This document shows positions 21,733 through 30,401 of a stretch of DNA of 64,000 bases, one piece after another. Location of the stretch: assembly GCA_963789105.1 (NCBI GenBank), contig CAWBJI010000007.1:49594-113593 (forward strand), written 5' to 3'. The notes under the pieces are model-generated. The model was not told where the DNA came from. It made no database searches and was given only the letters and a program-made list of their open reading frames with translations. Made by a program: the position numbers and the translations under genes. The number at the start of each line of letters is the position of its first letter. Positions within the stretch are counted from its first letter, which is position 1. Origin of the DNA: an uncultured Alphaproteobacteria bacterium. Its GTDB lineage: Bacteria > Pseudomonadota > Alphaproteobacteria > Rhodobacterales > Rhodobacteraceae.

Positions 21733-22293
21733 ATGAAGGACAGCAGCGATATCCACGATGCCCCCGTGATCGCCCCGGAACTCACCAGCTTCGACCTGAT
21801 GGGTTGGATCGACGCGAACCGCGACAAGCTGCAACCGCCCACGGCGGCCAAGACAATCTTCACCATGGACGATTTCATGGTCACGGTGGTGGGCGGTCCG
21901 AACGCGCGGACCGATTACCACATCAACCAGACGGAGGAGTTCTTCTTCCAGCTTAAAGGCGAGATGACGCTGGGGATCCAGAAGGACGGCAAGGCGGAGA
22001 AGGTGAAGATCGGCGCGGGGTGCATCTACGTCCTGCCCGCCAACGTGCCGCATGCCCCGATGCGCGGACCGAACACGGTCGGCCTGATCGTGGAGCGGAT
22101 CCGCAAGGAGGGCATGCTCGATACCCATCGTTGGTACTGCACGGAATGCAATGCCGTCCTGTGGGAGAAGACCGCCCAGATCGGCAATCTCGAACGGGAC
22201 ATGCCGCCGATCTTCGAGGAGTATTACAACGATCCGGCGCATCGGACCTGCGATCAGTGCGGTCACGAAAATCCCGGGCGGCCCGGTGGATGA
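21733..22293 (+). CDS. nbaC: 3-hydroxyanthranilate 3,4-dioxygenase
   Basis: Cupin core VTVVGGPNARTDYHINQTEEFFFQLKG...VPHAPMR plus the C-terminal rubredoxin-like CTEC...CDQC site. Confidence 0.85.
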   Translation: MKDSSDIHDAPVIAPELTSFDLMGWIDANRDKLQPPTAAKTIFTMDDFMVTVVGGPNARTDYHINQTEEFFFQLKGEMTLGIQKDGKAEKVKIGAGCIYVLPANVPHAPMRGPNTVGLIVERIRKEGMLDTHRWYCTECNAVLWEKTAQIGNLERDMPPIFEEYYNDPAHRTCDQCGHENPGRPGG

Positions 22294-22490
22294 CATCATT
22301 CAGGTTCGGGCGGACTTCGTGGGGGTGTCTACCCGGGCAAGAGGCCATCCGATTCTCTGCTGGGACGGGCGGTTCGCGGCGCTGGATGTCGATATCTGAT
22401 CGCAGGTTCCCGTCTGGAACACAGGTGCGGTGCAAGTCGGCGTCGCAGTCGCGGGCCGGGATTTACGACCCGCCCTGTCGCCCACCAAGA

Positions 22491-23540
22491 CTATTGCTGC
22501 GTCGGATCGAAGCCTAGCGGCACGAGATGGTTGTCCCAGGCGACCATGTGCCGTCTTGTGCCGAGATCCGTCAGTACACCGCCGAGCCCGTCGGTAAAGG
22601 CCAGCCCCTCCGCCGTCGGCGCAACCCCGCAGATGTCGGGTCGGCGCAGCAGGCGCAGGTCGCCGCCCTCCCAGATCGCGGCCAACCCGCCGCGCGGGCC
22701 GGTGATCGCCACCGTGTTCCCGCTCCCGGACCAGGCCACGGATCCCGCATAGCCACGCATGTCTCGCGCGAGGTCGGCGCCCCGCATTTCCATCGCCGCG
22801 CCCCGCCGGTGGATCGCGAGAAGGGGCACGTCGGCATCCGGATCGCCCTGCCACTGGATCGCCATGGCGACCGTGCCGTCGGTCCGGGCGGCGAGGTGGC
22901 GAATGGAGAGGTGATGCTGGGCCGGTTCGACCATGTCGATTAGGGCTCCGTCCTGCAGATAGGCGAGATTCGGCCGCATCGTCTCGAGGTTCAGCTTGTC
23001 GCGGCCCGTCGCGGGGTGGGTGCGGATGCCGCCATTGGCGACGGCGAGGATGTCGCCGGGCAGGCGCACGACCTCATGCGGGCCGATCCCGCCGGAGGGC
23101 ACTTCGTCGAGCCGGGTGAACCCGTCCTCTAGGTCCCAGATGCCGAGCCGTCCCGCCCCGCTGGCGATATCGTTTTCCGTCGTGACGAGAAGACGTCCAC
23201 CGTCGAGGAAGACGCCATGCCCGTAGAAGTGCCGGCCCTCCGGCGCGTGAAGGCGGTGGGTTTCGCGACCTTCGGCGCAGTCGATCACGAGGGCGAAGGC
23301 GCCCGGGCGTCGCGCGAAGGCGACGGCAAGCGGCGCGGTGGGATGGGCCGCCGCGGCATGGCCCCGGCCGGGCAGGGGCACGCGGAATGCGATGTCGCCA
23401 TCCTCGGTCAGGCCGTGCAGGGCGAAGGTGTCGTCCCGAAGCCGCGCGGCGGCGAGGAAGGCAGGCGCGCCGAGCGCCGCCCAGGCGGGAGCCGCGAGCG
23501 CGGCGGATGTGGTGGCGAGGAAGGCGCGGCGGTCCATCAA
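22491..23540 (-). CDS. DUF1513 family periplasmic protein (Tat signal)
   Basis: MMDRRAFLATTSAALAAPAWA twin-arginine leader. Last gene of the imelysin/DUF1111/imelysin/DUF1513 iron-regulated cluster type. Confidence 0.75.
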   Translation of the reverse strand: MMDRRAFLATTSAALAAPAWAALGAPAFLAAARLRDDTFALHGLTEDGDIAFRVPLPGRGHAAAAHPTAPLAVAFARRPGAFALVIDCAEGRETHRLHAPEGRHFYGHGVFLDGGRLLVTTENDIASGAGRLGIWDLEDGFTRLDEVPSGGIGPHEVVRLPGDILAVANGGIRTHPATGRDKLNLETMRPNLAYLQDGALIDMVEPAQHHLSIRHLAARTDGTVAMAIQWQGDPDADVPLLAIHRRGAAMEMRGADLARDMRGYAGSVAWSGSGNTVAITGPRGGLAAIWEGGDLRLLRRPDICGVAPTAEGLAFTDGLGGVLTDLGTRRHMVAWDNHLVPLGFDPTQQ

Positions 23541-24490
23541 TCCCCATCCGCCGAGTTGAAGCCGATCGTCACGTCGAGCGCGGTCCCAATCTCCTCCGCC
23601 GCGTAGCGGATGGCGGTCTCCACGTCCGTACGGAGCGCTTCGATCCGGATGCGACGTGCGGAGTCGGCCACGCCGCCGAGATCGGGCTCCCCGAGGGTTT
23701 CGGCACTATCGAGAGCGGTCGCCAGCGCGGCATCCGTGCGCGGCGCCGGGGCGAGCGTCGCGGCCAGTTCGCGCAGCGATGTAAGGGCCGTGACGATGGC
23801 GGCCTGTGATTGTCCCGAACGGCGCGCTTCCGCCATGCCGGGTCGCGGACGGTCGAAGCTGCCGAGCGGCCGCCCGAGACGCTTTTCCGCCGTATGGGAC
23901 AAACCACCCATCAGCGCGGTGAAGAGCGCGGCCTCCGCTTCGTCGGTGCTCAGAAATCGGCGGCTATCGGATGACCCCGCATTGCGCATCTCCGCGGAGA
24001 AACCGTCCCAACCGGCACGAACGTCTGCGGTCGTCATCGCCAGATCGCCTGCCAGCGCCAGGGTGGTCGGGCAGGGGGGGTCCACCTCCCAGAGCAGCCG
24101 TTCGAGGGCCATGAGACCCCGGGCGGCGACGGAGCCGCGGGCGATGGCCTCCGGTGAGAGATCGTCCGACGCCAGCAGTCGCGAGAGCCCGCGTCCCGTC
24201 GCGTCCCGGTCATCCGGCCAGAAAGCGATCGCCTGCCAGCGGCCGTCCACTTCGCCCGGGCCGAGGGCGAGATGCTGCGCGGCGGCCCACGCGGCGAAAG
24301 CGTCTATCCAGGCCGTCCGGGTGGCATTGGGATCGCAGGTAGCGGCCACGTGGGCGAGCGCAGCGGTGGAGGCGACCAGCGCATCCAGACGGGGCAGGAC
24401 GTGACCGTCCAATGCCGTGTCGAGATCGGCGAGGGCGGGCGTGGCGAGCAGGCAAAGGGCCACCGCGCGGAGGGCGGGAATTCGGATCAC
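23537..24490 (-). CDS. imelysin family protein (peptidase M75-like)
   Basis: Signal peptide, 317 aa, and position between the DUF1111 and DUF1513 genes. Confidence 0.7.
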   Translation of the reverse strand: MIRIPALRAVALCLLATPALADLDTALDGHVLPRLDALVASTAALAHVAATCDPNATRTAWIDAFAAWAAAQHLALGPGEVDGRWQAIAFWPDDRDATGRGLSRLLASDDLSPEAIARGSVAARGLMALERLLWEVDPPCPTTLALAGDLAMTTADVRAGWDGFSAEMRNAGSSDSRRFLSTDEAEAALFTALMGGLSHTAEKRLGRPLGSFDRPRPGMAEARRSGQSQAAIVTALTSLRELAATLAPAPRTDAALATALDSAETLGEPDLGGVADSARRIRIEALRTDVETAIRYAAEEIGTALDVTIGFNSADGD

Positions 24491-26001
24491 AGCGACTCCA
24501 GAAAGGCGTGAAGGACTGCACGGTCCACGGCCGAAAGGATTGCATAGGCGTCGCGCGCAGCGCGGCCCTCGCCATCATGCCACAGGATCGCCTCCGCCAG
24601 ACTGCGCGCCCGCCCGTCGTGAAGGTACTGGCGGTGGCCGCCGACCTGTTCGACGAGGCCCAACCCCCAGAGCGGCGGCGTGCGCCATTCAGATCCCGTG
24701 GCGCGGCCCGCCGGAAGCGCGTCGGCCAGTCCCGGTCCCATGTCGTGAAGCAGGAAATCGCTGTAGGGCCAGATCAGCTGGAAGGAATGCTCCGGTCGAT
24801 CCTCCAGCCGGTGGGTGACGAACTTCGGCACATGACAGGCGGTGCAGCGGGCCGCATGGAACAATTCCTTGCCGCGCAGCACCTGCGGGTCGTCCACCGA
24901 TACCCGCGCGGGGACGCCCAGCGTCCCGCTGTAGAAAGCGACCAGGTCGAGCGACTCGCCCGCCACCTCGGTCCCGTGATCGTCGGTGCCATGGGGACCG
25001 CTCCGGCATGCCGTCTGTTCGGTGGTGCAGTCGCCGGCGGGATCGGGGCGCAGCGGGGAGGACAGACCCATATCGGCGTTGAACGCATCGGCGGCCTGCT
25101 GCCTTAACGTCGGCGTCGTTGCGCGGACGCCGAACCGGCCAAGCATCTCGGTCTCGTATTCCGGGGACCAAACGACGTTCGGTCGGCCGGATACGCCATC
25201 GCCGTCGGCATCCTCCGGATCCGCATGGGCGAGAATGTCGGCGGCCGGGATCGCCTCGACCAGCCCCAGCCCGATCATCTGGGGTGCGACCCGAGGGCTG
25301 ATCCGGGTGTCCGGATGGAGCGCGGCGCCGGGCAGGGACCAGATCGGGCGGTGTAGGGTCACGGAATTGCCGCCGGGAAGCTCGACAATGCGGGCCGGTT
25401 CCCACGCGACCCGGACGCGCCCTTCCGCCGGTTGCCCCGGCAAGGACCGGTCCGAAAGCTGATGGCCCAGCACGGGGTCGGGCAATGCGCCGAGATAGGC
25501 CGTCAGCTCGTCGACCTCCGCCGCGCCGATCGGTCGCCCGAGGCGCACCACGAGGGAGGCCGCATCGTCGTCGGCATCCATCGGCGCATGGCCCCGGCCG
25601 TCCTTCAGGTGACAGGATTGGCAGGACCGGGTGTTGAACATCGGGCCGAGCCCGTCGGAGGCTATTGTCGAGGCGGGCGCGCCGACCCAAAGCTTCTCGA
25701 AGAGGCCGTTGCCGAGCAGGAAGTCGCCTTGCTGCGCGAAGTCGAGATTGGCCTGCGGAAGGCTGAAGGCCTGTCTGTCTGACCGCCGGCGAACCGTGCC
25801 GGCACCGCCCTGATTCGCCTCGAACCGCTCGGGCGCGTCGAATTCCGTCGTGGGTGAGGTTACGGCTGCGACACGGGCTGCCTCAGCCGATGTCCGGGGC
25901 GTGACGGCAAGGTGGGGCTCCATGCTGACGGCAATAGGTTCGGCTCGGATCGGGGTGGCCACGGCGGCGCACATCATGGCGATTGTGAGGATAAAGCGCA
26001 T
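24487..26001 (-). CDS. di-haem oxidoreductase / putative peroxidase (DUF1111)
   Basis: Signal peptide and two haem sites: CQSCHLKDGRGH and CTACHVPKF. Confidence 0.8.
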   Translation of the reverse strand: MRFILTIAMMCAAVATPIRAEPIAVSMEPHLAVTPRTSAEAARVAAVTSPTTEFDAPERFEANQGGAGTVRRRSDRQAFSLPQANLDFAQQGDFLLGNGLFEKLWVGAPASTIASDGLGPMFNTRSCQSCHLKDGRGHAPMDADDDAASLVVRLGRPIGAAEVDELTAYLGALPDPVLGHQLSDRSLPGQPAEGRVRVAWEPARIVELPGGNSVTLHRPIWSLPGAALHPDTRISPRVAPQMIGLGLVEAIPAADILAHADPEDADGDGVSGRPNVVWSPEYETEMLGRFGVRATTPTLRQQAADAFNADMGLSSPLRPDPAGDCTTEQTACRSGPHGTDDHGTEVAGESLDLVAFYSGTLGVPARVSVDDPQVLRGKELFHAARCTACHVPKFVTHRLEDRPEHSFQLIWPYSDFLLHDMGPGLADALPAGRATGSEWRTPPLWGLGLVEQVGGHRQYLHDGRARSLAEAILWHDGEGRAARDAYAILSAVDRAVLHAFLESL

Positions 26002-26037
26002 CTTCAGGCCAATCTCTTCTCGTAGTATCGGAAATAG

Positions 26038-26054
26038 CTGACTATACTAGTCAG
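26038..26054. promoter_or_regulatory. perfect 7-3-7 palindrome CTGACTA-TAC-TAGTCAG (TGA-N9-TCA), candidate iron-responsive operator
   Basis: Lies in the 88-bp divergent promoter region between the DUF1111 operon and ORF 26090. Confidence 0.45.
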
Positions 26055-26089
26055 GATAGCATCGTTGTTCCCCATACGAAAGGCGATCC

Positions 26090-26497
26090 ATGTTCGCTCG
26101 CTCCCTCGTATCGCTGCGCCCGGAGGCTTGCCCGGAGCCGGGTCCGTCGGCGCTGATCGACATGCTCCGACTCTCCGCGCTCCACTGTCGCTCGGCGGCG
26201 CGTCGCTCGCCCCAGGCTGCCTGCGCGCTTCTGCATCCCGAGGCGAATGCCGGGGATTATGCCGATGCGCTCGCGCGCGCCTTGCCCGGGCTGCTTCGCC
26301 GCCGTCCCCGTATCTGGACACCGGGAACGCCCGGACAGTCCTTCGATGAAGCATGGCTGGCCACGTTGTTCGACGCGATCCGCGACGGCGACGGAGCCAG
26401 CACGCGGTTCCTGATCGAACGCTTTGCCAGACCCGGAAACCAAGCGATCCTGCGGTTCCTCCTCGTCGGTCTTGTCGACAGGCTGGACATTTCTTAG
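26090..26497 (+). CDS. hypothetical protein (135 aa), apparent paralogue of 28655..29161
   Basis: High GC3 codon pattern. Shares the block RRRPRIW..G.SFDEAWLATLFDAI with the other gene (GRRPLMR..G.GSDEAVIANLLAV). Confidence 0.55.
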   Translation: MFARSLVSLRPEACPEPGPSALIDMLRLSALHCRSAARRSPQAACALLHPEANAGDYADALARALPGLLRRRPRIWTPGTPGQSFDEAWLATLFDAIRDGDGASTRFLIERFARPGNQAILRFLLVGLVDRLDIS

Positions 26498-26508
26498 AAC
26501 GGTTCTAA
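26494..26508. promoter_or_regulatory. ICE-like palindrome TTAGAAC-G-GTTCTAA (candidate Irr operator) upstream of dps
   Basis: Perfect inverted repeat matching the TTAGAA-N3-TTCTAA core of the Irr iron control element, 71 bp upstream of the dps ATG. Confidence 0.5.
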
Positions 26509-26578
26509 TGTGCAGTCCGGGCCAGCCAGCCATCGCCAGCCAGCCCACCCCATCCAGAATTCGAAAGGAGCCGCAGCC

Positions 26579-27049
26579 ATGGCCCAGACCGCGTCCGACC
26601 TGTCGCCCGACGCTTCCGCAGAGATCGCCGAAGCCCTGAACCAAGCCGTCGCGGAGACCGTCGTGACGACAATGCTTGCGCAGAACTTTCACTGGAACGT
26701 GACGGGCATGGCCTTCGGTCCGCTGCACGAGTTGTTCCAGACGATCTACGAGGATCACTTCGTGGGTCAGGACGATCTGGCCGAGCGGATCCGTGCCATC
26801 GGCGAAACGGCCGAGGGCAAGCTCGCGACGCACCTGGAGCGCTCGAAGGTGACGGAAGGCGACGAGAGCGCGGGTGACCGCGCGATGATCCGGCATCTTA
26901 TGGAAGCGCAGGAGACCGTCGGCGCGACCCTTGCGGGGCTGAGCGAAGTGGCCGCCGGCCACGGAGACATTCGCACCGAAGATCTGGCGATCGAGCGCGG
27001 TCGGATCCACGACAAGTTCGCCTGGATGCTGCGCGCCCATCTTGGCTGA
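26579..27049 (+). CDS. dps: Dps family ferritin-like DNA-protection protein
   Basis: RBS AAAGGAG. Ferroxidase region FHWNVTGMAFGPLHELF...ED. 156 aa. Confidence 0.85.
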   Translation: MAQTASDLSPDASAEIAEALNQAVAETVVTTMLAQNFHWNVTGMAFGPLHELFQTIYEDHFVGQDDLAERIRAIGETAEGKLATHLERSKVTEGDESAGDRAMIRHLMEAQETVGATLAGLSEVAAGHGDIRTEDLAIERGRIHDKFAWMLRAHLG

Positions 27050-27052
27050 AAC

Positions 27053-27322
27053 TCAGCCGGTCCGTCGCATCGATTTGGGCACGGGCCGCCCCTTCTTCAG
27101 ACAGCGTTTAAGATAGGCAGCATGCCAGTGGGTGTACCGGCCCATCGCGGCCTGCTGCGCCACGACGAGGGCCACGAAGCCGTCGGCTTCGACCGGCCCC
27201 CTCGCGCGCTTGGCGAGCTTCTTCTGCGCCTTGGTCATGGAGCAGCCTATGCAATGCGCCCCGGCGGGGCCCTTGCGTCTGAACTTGCACACACCGATGC
27301 ACGGGCTCTGCGCCTTGGGCAT
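27053..27322 (-). CDS. DUF1289 family Cys-rich protein
   Basis: N-terminal SPCIGVCKF...CIGCSMT motif. Confidence 0.7.
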   Translation of the reverse strand: MPKAQSPCIGVCKFRRKGPAGAHCIGCSMTKAQKKLAKRARGPVEADGFVALVVAQQAAMGRYTHWHAAYLKRCLKKGRPVPKSMRRTG

Positions 27323-27388
27323 GTCGGAACCTCTCGCAATCGGGACGGCGGCGGCCCGGGAGCCACCGCCAGCGGATAGAATCGCGAC

Positions 27389-28643
27389 CTACTCGAAGAC
27401 GGCGTTCGGGTCATCCAGACTGTCGGACCCCTCGAAGGAGATTCTGCTCGCGCCCGAGGGCGGAGACCGCGCGCTCGATTTCCCGGGTCTGGGCCACGAG
27501 CGCGTCGATGGCACTCTGGATCAGCGCGCCACCGGCCTCGTTGTCCGGATCGAGCATCTGGTCGTAGGCCATGCCCGCTTCGGCCACGAGCTTGATCTCC
27601 CCCAGTTCGAACATCGTCGCATCGAGGGCATCGCGGAGGGCGGAATCCACGTCCGCATCCCGCGCGGCGACCAGTTCGGAAAGGGATGCCCCTTCGATCA
27701 CGATGCCGTCCACGCCGGTGTAGCGGCCGAGATAGACGTTCCGGATACCGAGCCCGTCGTAATAATGGCTGTTGTGGGTGTTGTCCGAGAAACAGTCGTG
27801 CTCCTCCTCCGGATCGTTGAGCAGGAGGCCCAGCTTCATGCGCTCCCCCGCCTGCTCGCCGTAGGAAAGCGAGCCCATACCGGTAAGGATGCGGTTCACG
27901 CCTTCGGGGTCGTCCATTACGGCCTGCCGGGCCGGGCCGCCGTCCTGCCATGCCGTGGCCATCTCCTCCAGATCGGAGACCAGGAGGTCCGTTGCCGCCC
28001 GCAGGTAGTCGCCACGCCGGTCGCAATTGGCGTTCGTGCAGGCCTCGCCTGTGGCGTAGTCGCTCCAGGCCCGGGTGCCAGCGCCAGCGCCGGTGCCGCC
28101 GAGATCCTGTCCCCAGAGCAGGAACTCGATCGCGTGGTAGCCGGTAGCGACGTTGGCCTCGACCGAATCCGCCTCGTGCAGCGTGTTCTGGAGCAGGGCA
28201 GGGGTGATCTCGGCCGCGTCCACCTGCTCCCCGGACAGGGTGAAGGCCGCGTTGGCGACTACGTTGAGCGCCCCATAGGCGTTGGCATCCGTGACCCCGG
28301 TCGAGCCGGGCGCGACGTAGTCGATCAGGCCCTCGTCGAGCGGCCAGGCATTCACCCGCCCCTCCCAATCGTCCACGATGGGATTGCCGAACCTGAACGC
28401 CTCCGTCTGCTGGTAGGGGACGCGCGCGGCGAGCCACGCGGATTTGGCCGCCGCAAGCCCTTCGGCGGACGGCTCCGCGAGGAAGGCATCCACCGCCGCA
28501 TCGAGGGTCCGTGCGGTGGCCAGGCTGTCGCCGTAGGCGGCCGCGGCGATGTCGGCATAGGTGGCGAGGACGTCGCCCTCCTCCACCGCGAGGGCCGGGG
28601 TCGCGAGAAGCGCGCAAAGCGCGGTGGTCGTGGCGAGGCGCAT
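27389..28643 (-). pseudogene. imelysin family iron-regulated protein (IrpA-like), frameshift 20 codons from the C-terminus (or sequencing error)
   Basis: ATG 28643 with GGAG 8 nt upstream. The ORF ends ALGREQNLLRGVRQSG at 27411. Deleting one base near 27451-27456 instead gives ...ALGASRISFEGSDSLDDPNAVFE with stop at 27389. Confidence 0.75.
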
Positions 28644-28654
28644 GGGAAACTCCA

Positions 28655-29161
28655 TCAATGCAGGATATTCGGGGTATCGGGTCGGTATCGCTTCTGGCCG
28701 CGCAGATCGGCGCGCGCGACGGCGAGGCCCGCCACCTCGGCGAAATGCGCGGCGACGATCAGGCGGTCTCCGGGAAGCAGGAGCGAGACGACGAGCATCG
28801 CATCCTCGCGTGCCCCGGTCGCGGCGACGGCGAGAAGATTGGCGATCACCGCCTCGTCCGACCCGACACAGCGGCAGCCGAGGTCGTGACGCATCAGCGG
28901 ACGACGTCCCTCGCCGACGAGCATGCCGATCAGCGAGTCCCATGCCTCGCAGGCGGCCGATCCTTGTGCCGGTCCGAGTGCGCCCTTGAGGACCGAGGCG
29001 ACGCGTTTCCGACCTTCGGGTCCCTCGCACCAGTCGCGCAGGAACAGCACGGTGAGCGCCTGCGGGGAGGGCAGGGCGCGTAGGTCGGCCACGGTCGCAC
29101 CGCCCGATGTCGGGCTGCCTTCGATGCCCGCGGTCGAGGGAAATTCGGTCAGGATGCCCAT
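28655..29161 (-). CDS. hypothetical protein (168 aa) between hemP and the imelysin gene
   Basis: RBS GAGGA. High GC3. Operonic spacing of 7 nt after hemP and 11 nt before the imelysin gene. Confidence 0.6.
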   Translation of the reverse strand: MGILTEFPSTAGIEGSPTSGGATVADLRALPSPQALTVLFLRDWCEGPEGRKRVASVLKGALGPAQGSAACEAWDSLIGMLVGEGRRPLMRHDLGCRCVGSDEAVIANLLAVAATGAREDAMLVVSLLLPGDRLIVAAHFAEVAGLAVARADLRGQKRYRPDTPNILH

Positions 29162-29168
29162 GCGGTCC

Positions 29169-29324
29169 TCACTTCGTCAGGATCAGCTTGCCCGCGCGCG
29201 TCAGCCGCAGGGTATAGACCTGATCGCCCAGAACGATCCGGGCCACATCGCTTCCGCCAAGCAAAGCCTGCGCATCATGTTCGGGGATCTTGGGCGAGGT
29301 CTGGGTCCGGAGGATGGCGTTCAT
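29169..29324 (-). CDS. hemP: hemin uptake protein HemP
   Basis: 51 aa ending VARIVLGDQVYTLRLTRAGKLILTK, the HemP signature. Confidence 0.75.
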   Translation of the reverse strand: MNAILRTQTSPKIPEHDAQALLGGSDVARIVLGDQVYTLRLTRAGKLILTK

Positions 29325-29494
29325 CGCGTGACCTCGACGTGCCGCTCTTCGCGATCCCGGTCCAGACGATCCAGCACGGCTTCCAGCGCCGTTTCCTCCC
29401 GCCGCCCGCCGCCCTCGATGGCCGCTGCAAGCGCTTCGGTTCTGCAACACGAACTCGGTTGTGCCCATCTCATCCCGTCATCATCACGGATCAT
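29321..29494 (-). CDS. candidate small ORF (57 aa) translationally coupled to hemP
   Basis: Below the ORF-track length cutoff. ATG 29494 preceded by GGAGAGG. Its stop overlaps the hemP ATG (ATGA). Product: MIRDDDGMRWAQPSSCCRTEALAAAIEGGGRREETALEAVLDRLDRDREERHVEVTR. Confidence 0.35.
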   Translation of the reverse strand: MIRDDDGMRWAQPSSCCRTEALAAAIEGGGRREETALEAVLDRLDRDREERHVEVTR

Positions 29495-30011
29495 GGCAGC
29501 CTCTCCATTCTTATGGTCGTCCGGGCTGGTCCGATGACGGCGCGATGGGCTGTCAGCGACAGGATGGCTGGGACAGGGAAAGACTTACCGATTCACTCGG
29601 GTATGTCCAGAGACTTCGGTGATTGAGGTGTTGCCGCGTCGGGAACGGGTAGGAAGACCCTGAACTGAAGGTGGCAGAACGTCTGCGGCGGGCCCCCGGC
29701 TTTGGCAGAAAAAACTGGATTGCTGGGCGGAGATGTGGTGGCTGGCTAACCCAGCCCCGTCGTGACCAACGTCCGCGATTGAGGCTTGTTCAAGCATTCG
29801 TTGGGTCAGCGGCTCTTGACCCGCACTACAGGGACGATCTTCATCGACTTGCCTGCGCAACAGAGCGACATCCGATGGCATTTCAGGATCGCGTTCGACA
29901 TCGGTCCGGTTCCGTTTTCGAAGACCCTCCCCCAGGGAACCCCCTGTTCCGACATACAAGTCCCGCTGTCTCGCGCGACAAACTGGTCCGATAGCAAGGT
30001 AGTCGCGATAA

Positions 30012-30401
30012 CCCGGATCGCGCGTTCTACAGGGCGGCGCGGGCGTGGGATACTACACCGCTATCCTTTGCCACCTCACGGGACCGGAGAGCCGGGTCAC
30101 GGCCTTTGAAGCGGACGCGAACGGGAGCCCGCGCCGCGGCGAACCTGGCCGGGACAAAGGAAGTTGCGATCCGGCATGGCGATGCGGTGACGGGCCTGAA
30201 TGATGACGGTCCGTTCGACCTCGTCATGTCCTTCGCTGTGTTCGGCCCCCACAGGGGTGGGTGGAACTTCCAAGGCCGGGGTCCGCCGAACACCTCGCGC
30301 GGCACGGTCCGGAACGCCGCCAAGGTCCGCTCAGCAGCGGGGCCCGGTTCGAGCCCTGTGGCAAGCCGGAGCGCATCGGCGAAATATACCGCAGGAGATG
30401 A
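30012..30401 (+). pseudogene. decayed protein-L-isoaspartate O-methyltransferase-like (class I SAM methyltransferase) remnant
   Basis: Frame 0: SRVLQGGAGVGYYTAILCHLTGPESRVTAFEADA. Frame 1: ARAAANLAGTKEVAIRHGDAVTGLNDDGPFDLVMSFAVFGP. Frame 0 again: PQGWVELPRPGS. No intact ORF, and the N-terminal part is not recoverable. Confidence 0.45.

Noticed and set aside
30335-30365. tRNA-like GGTTCGAGCCC T-loop sequence
   Set aside because: The flanking bases do not form a T-stem or an acceptor stem. The sequence sits inside the methyltransferase remnant.
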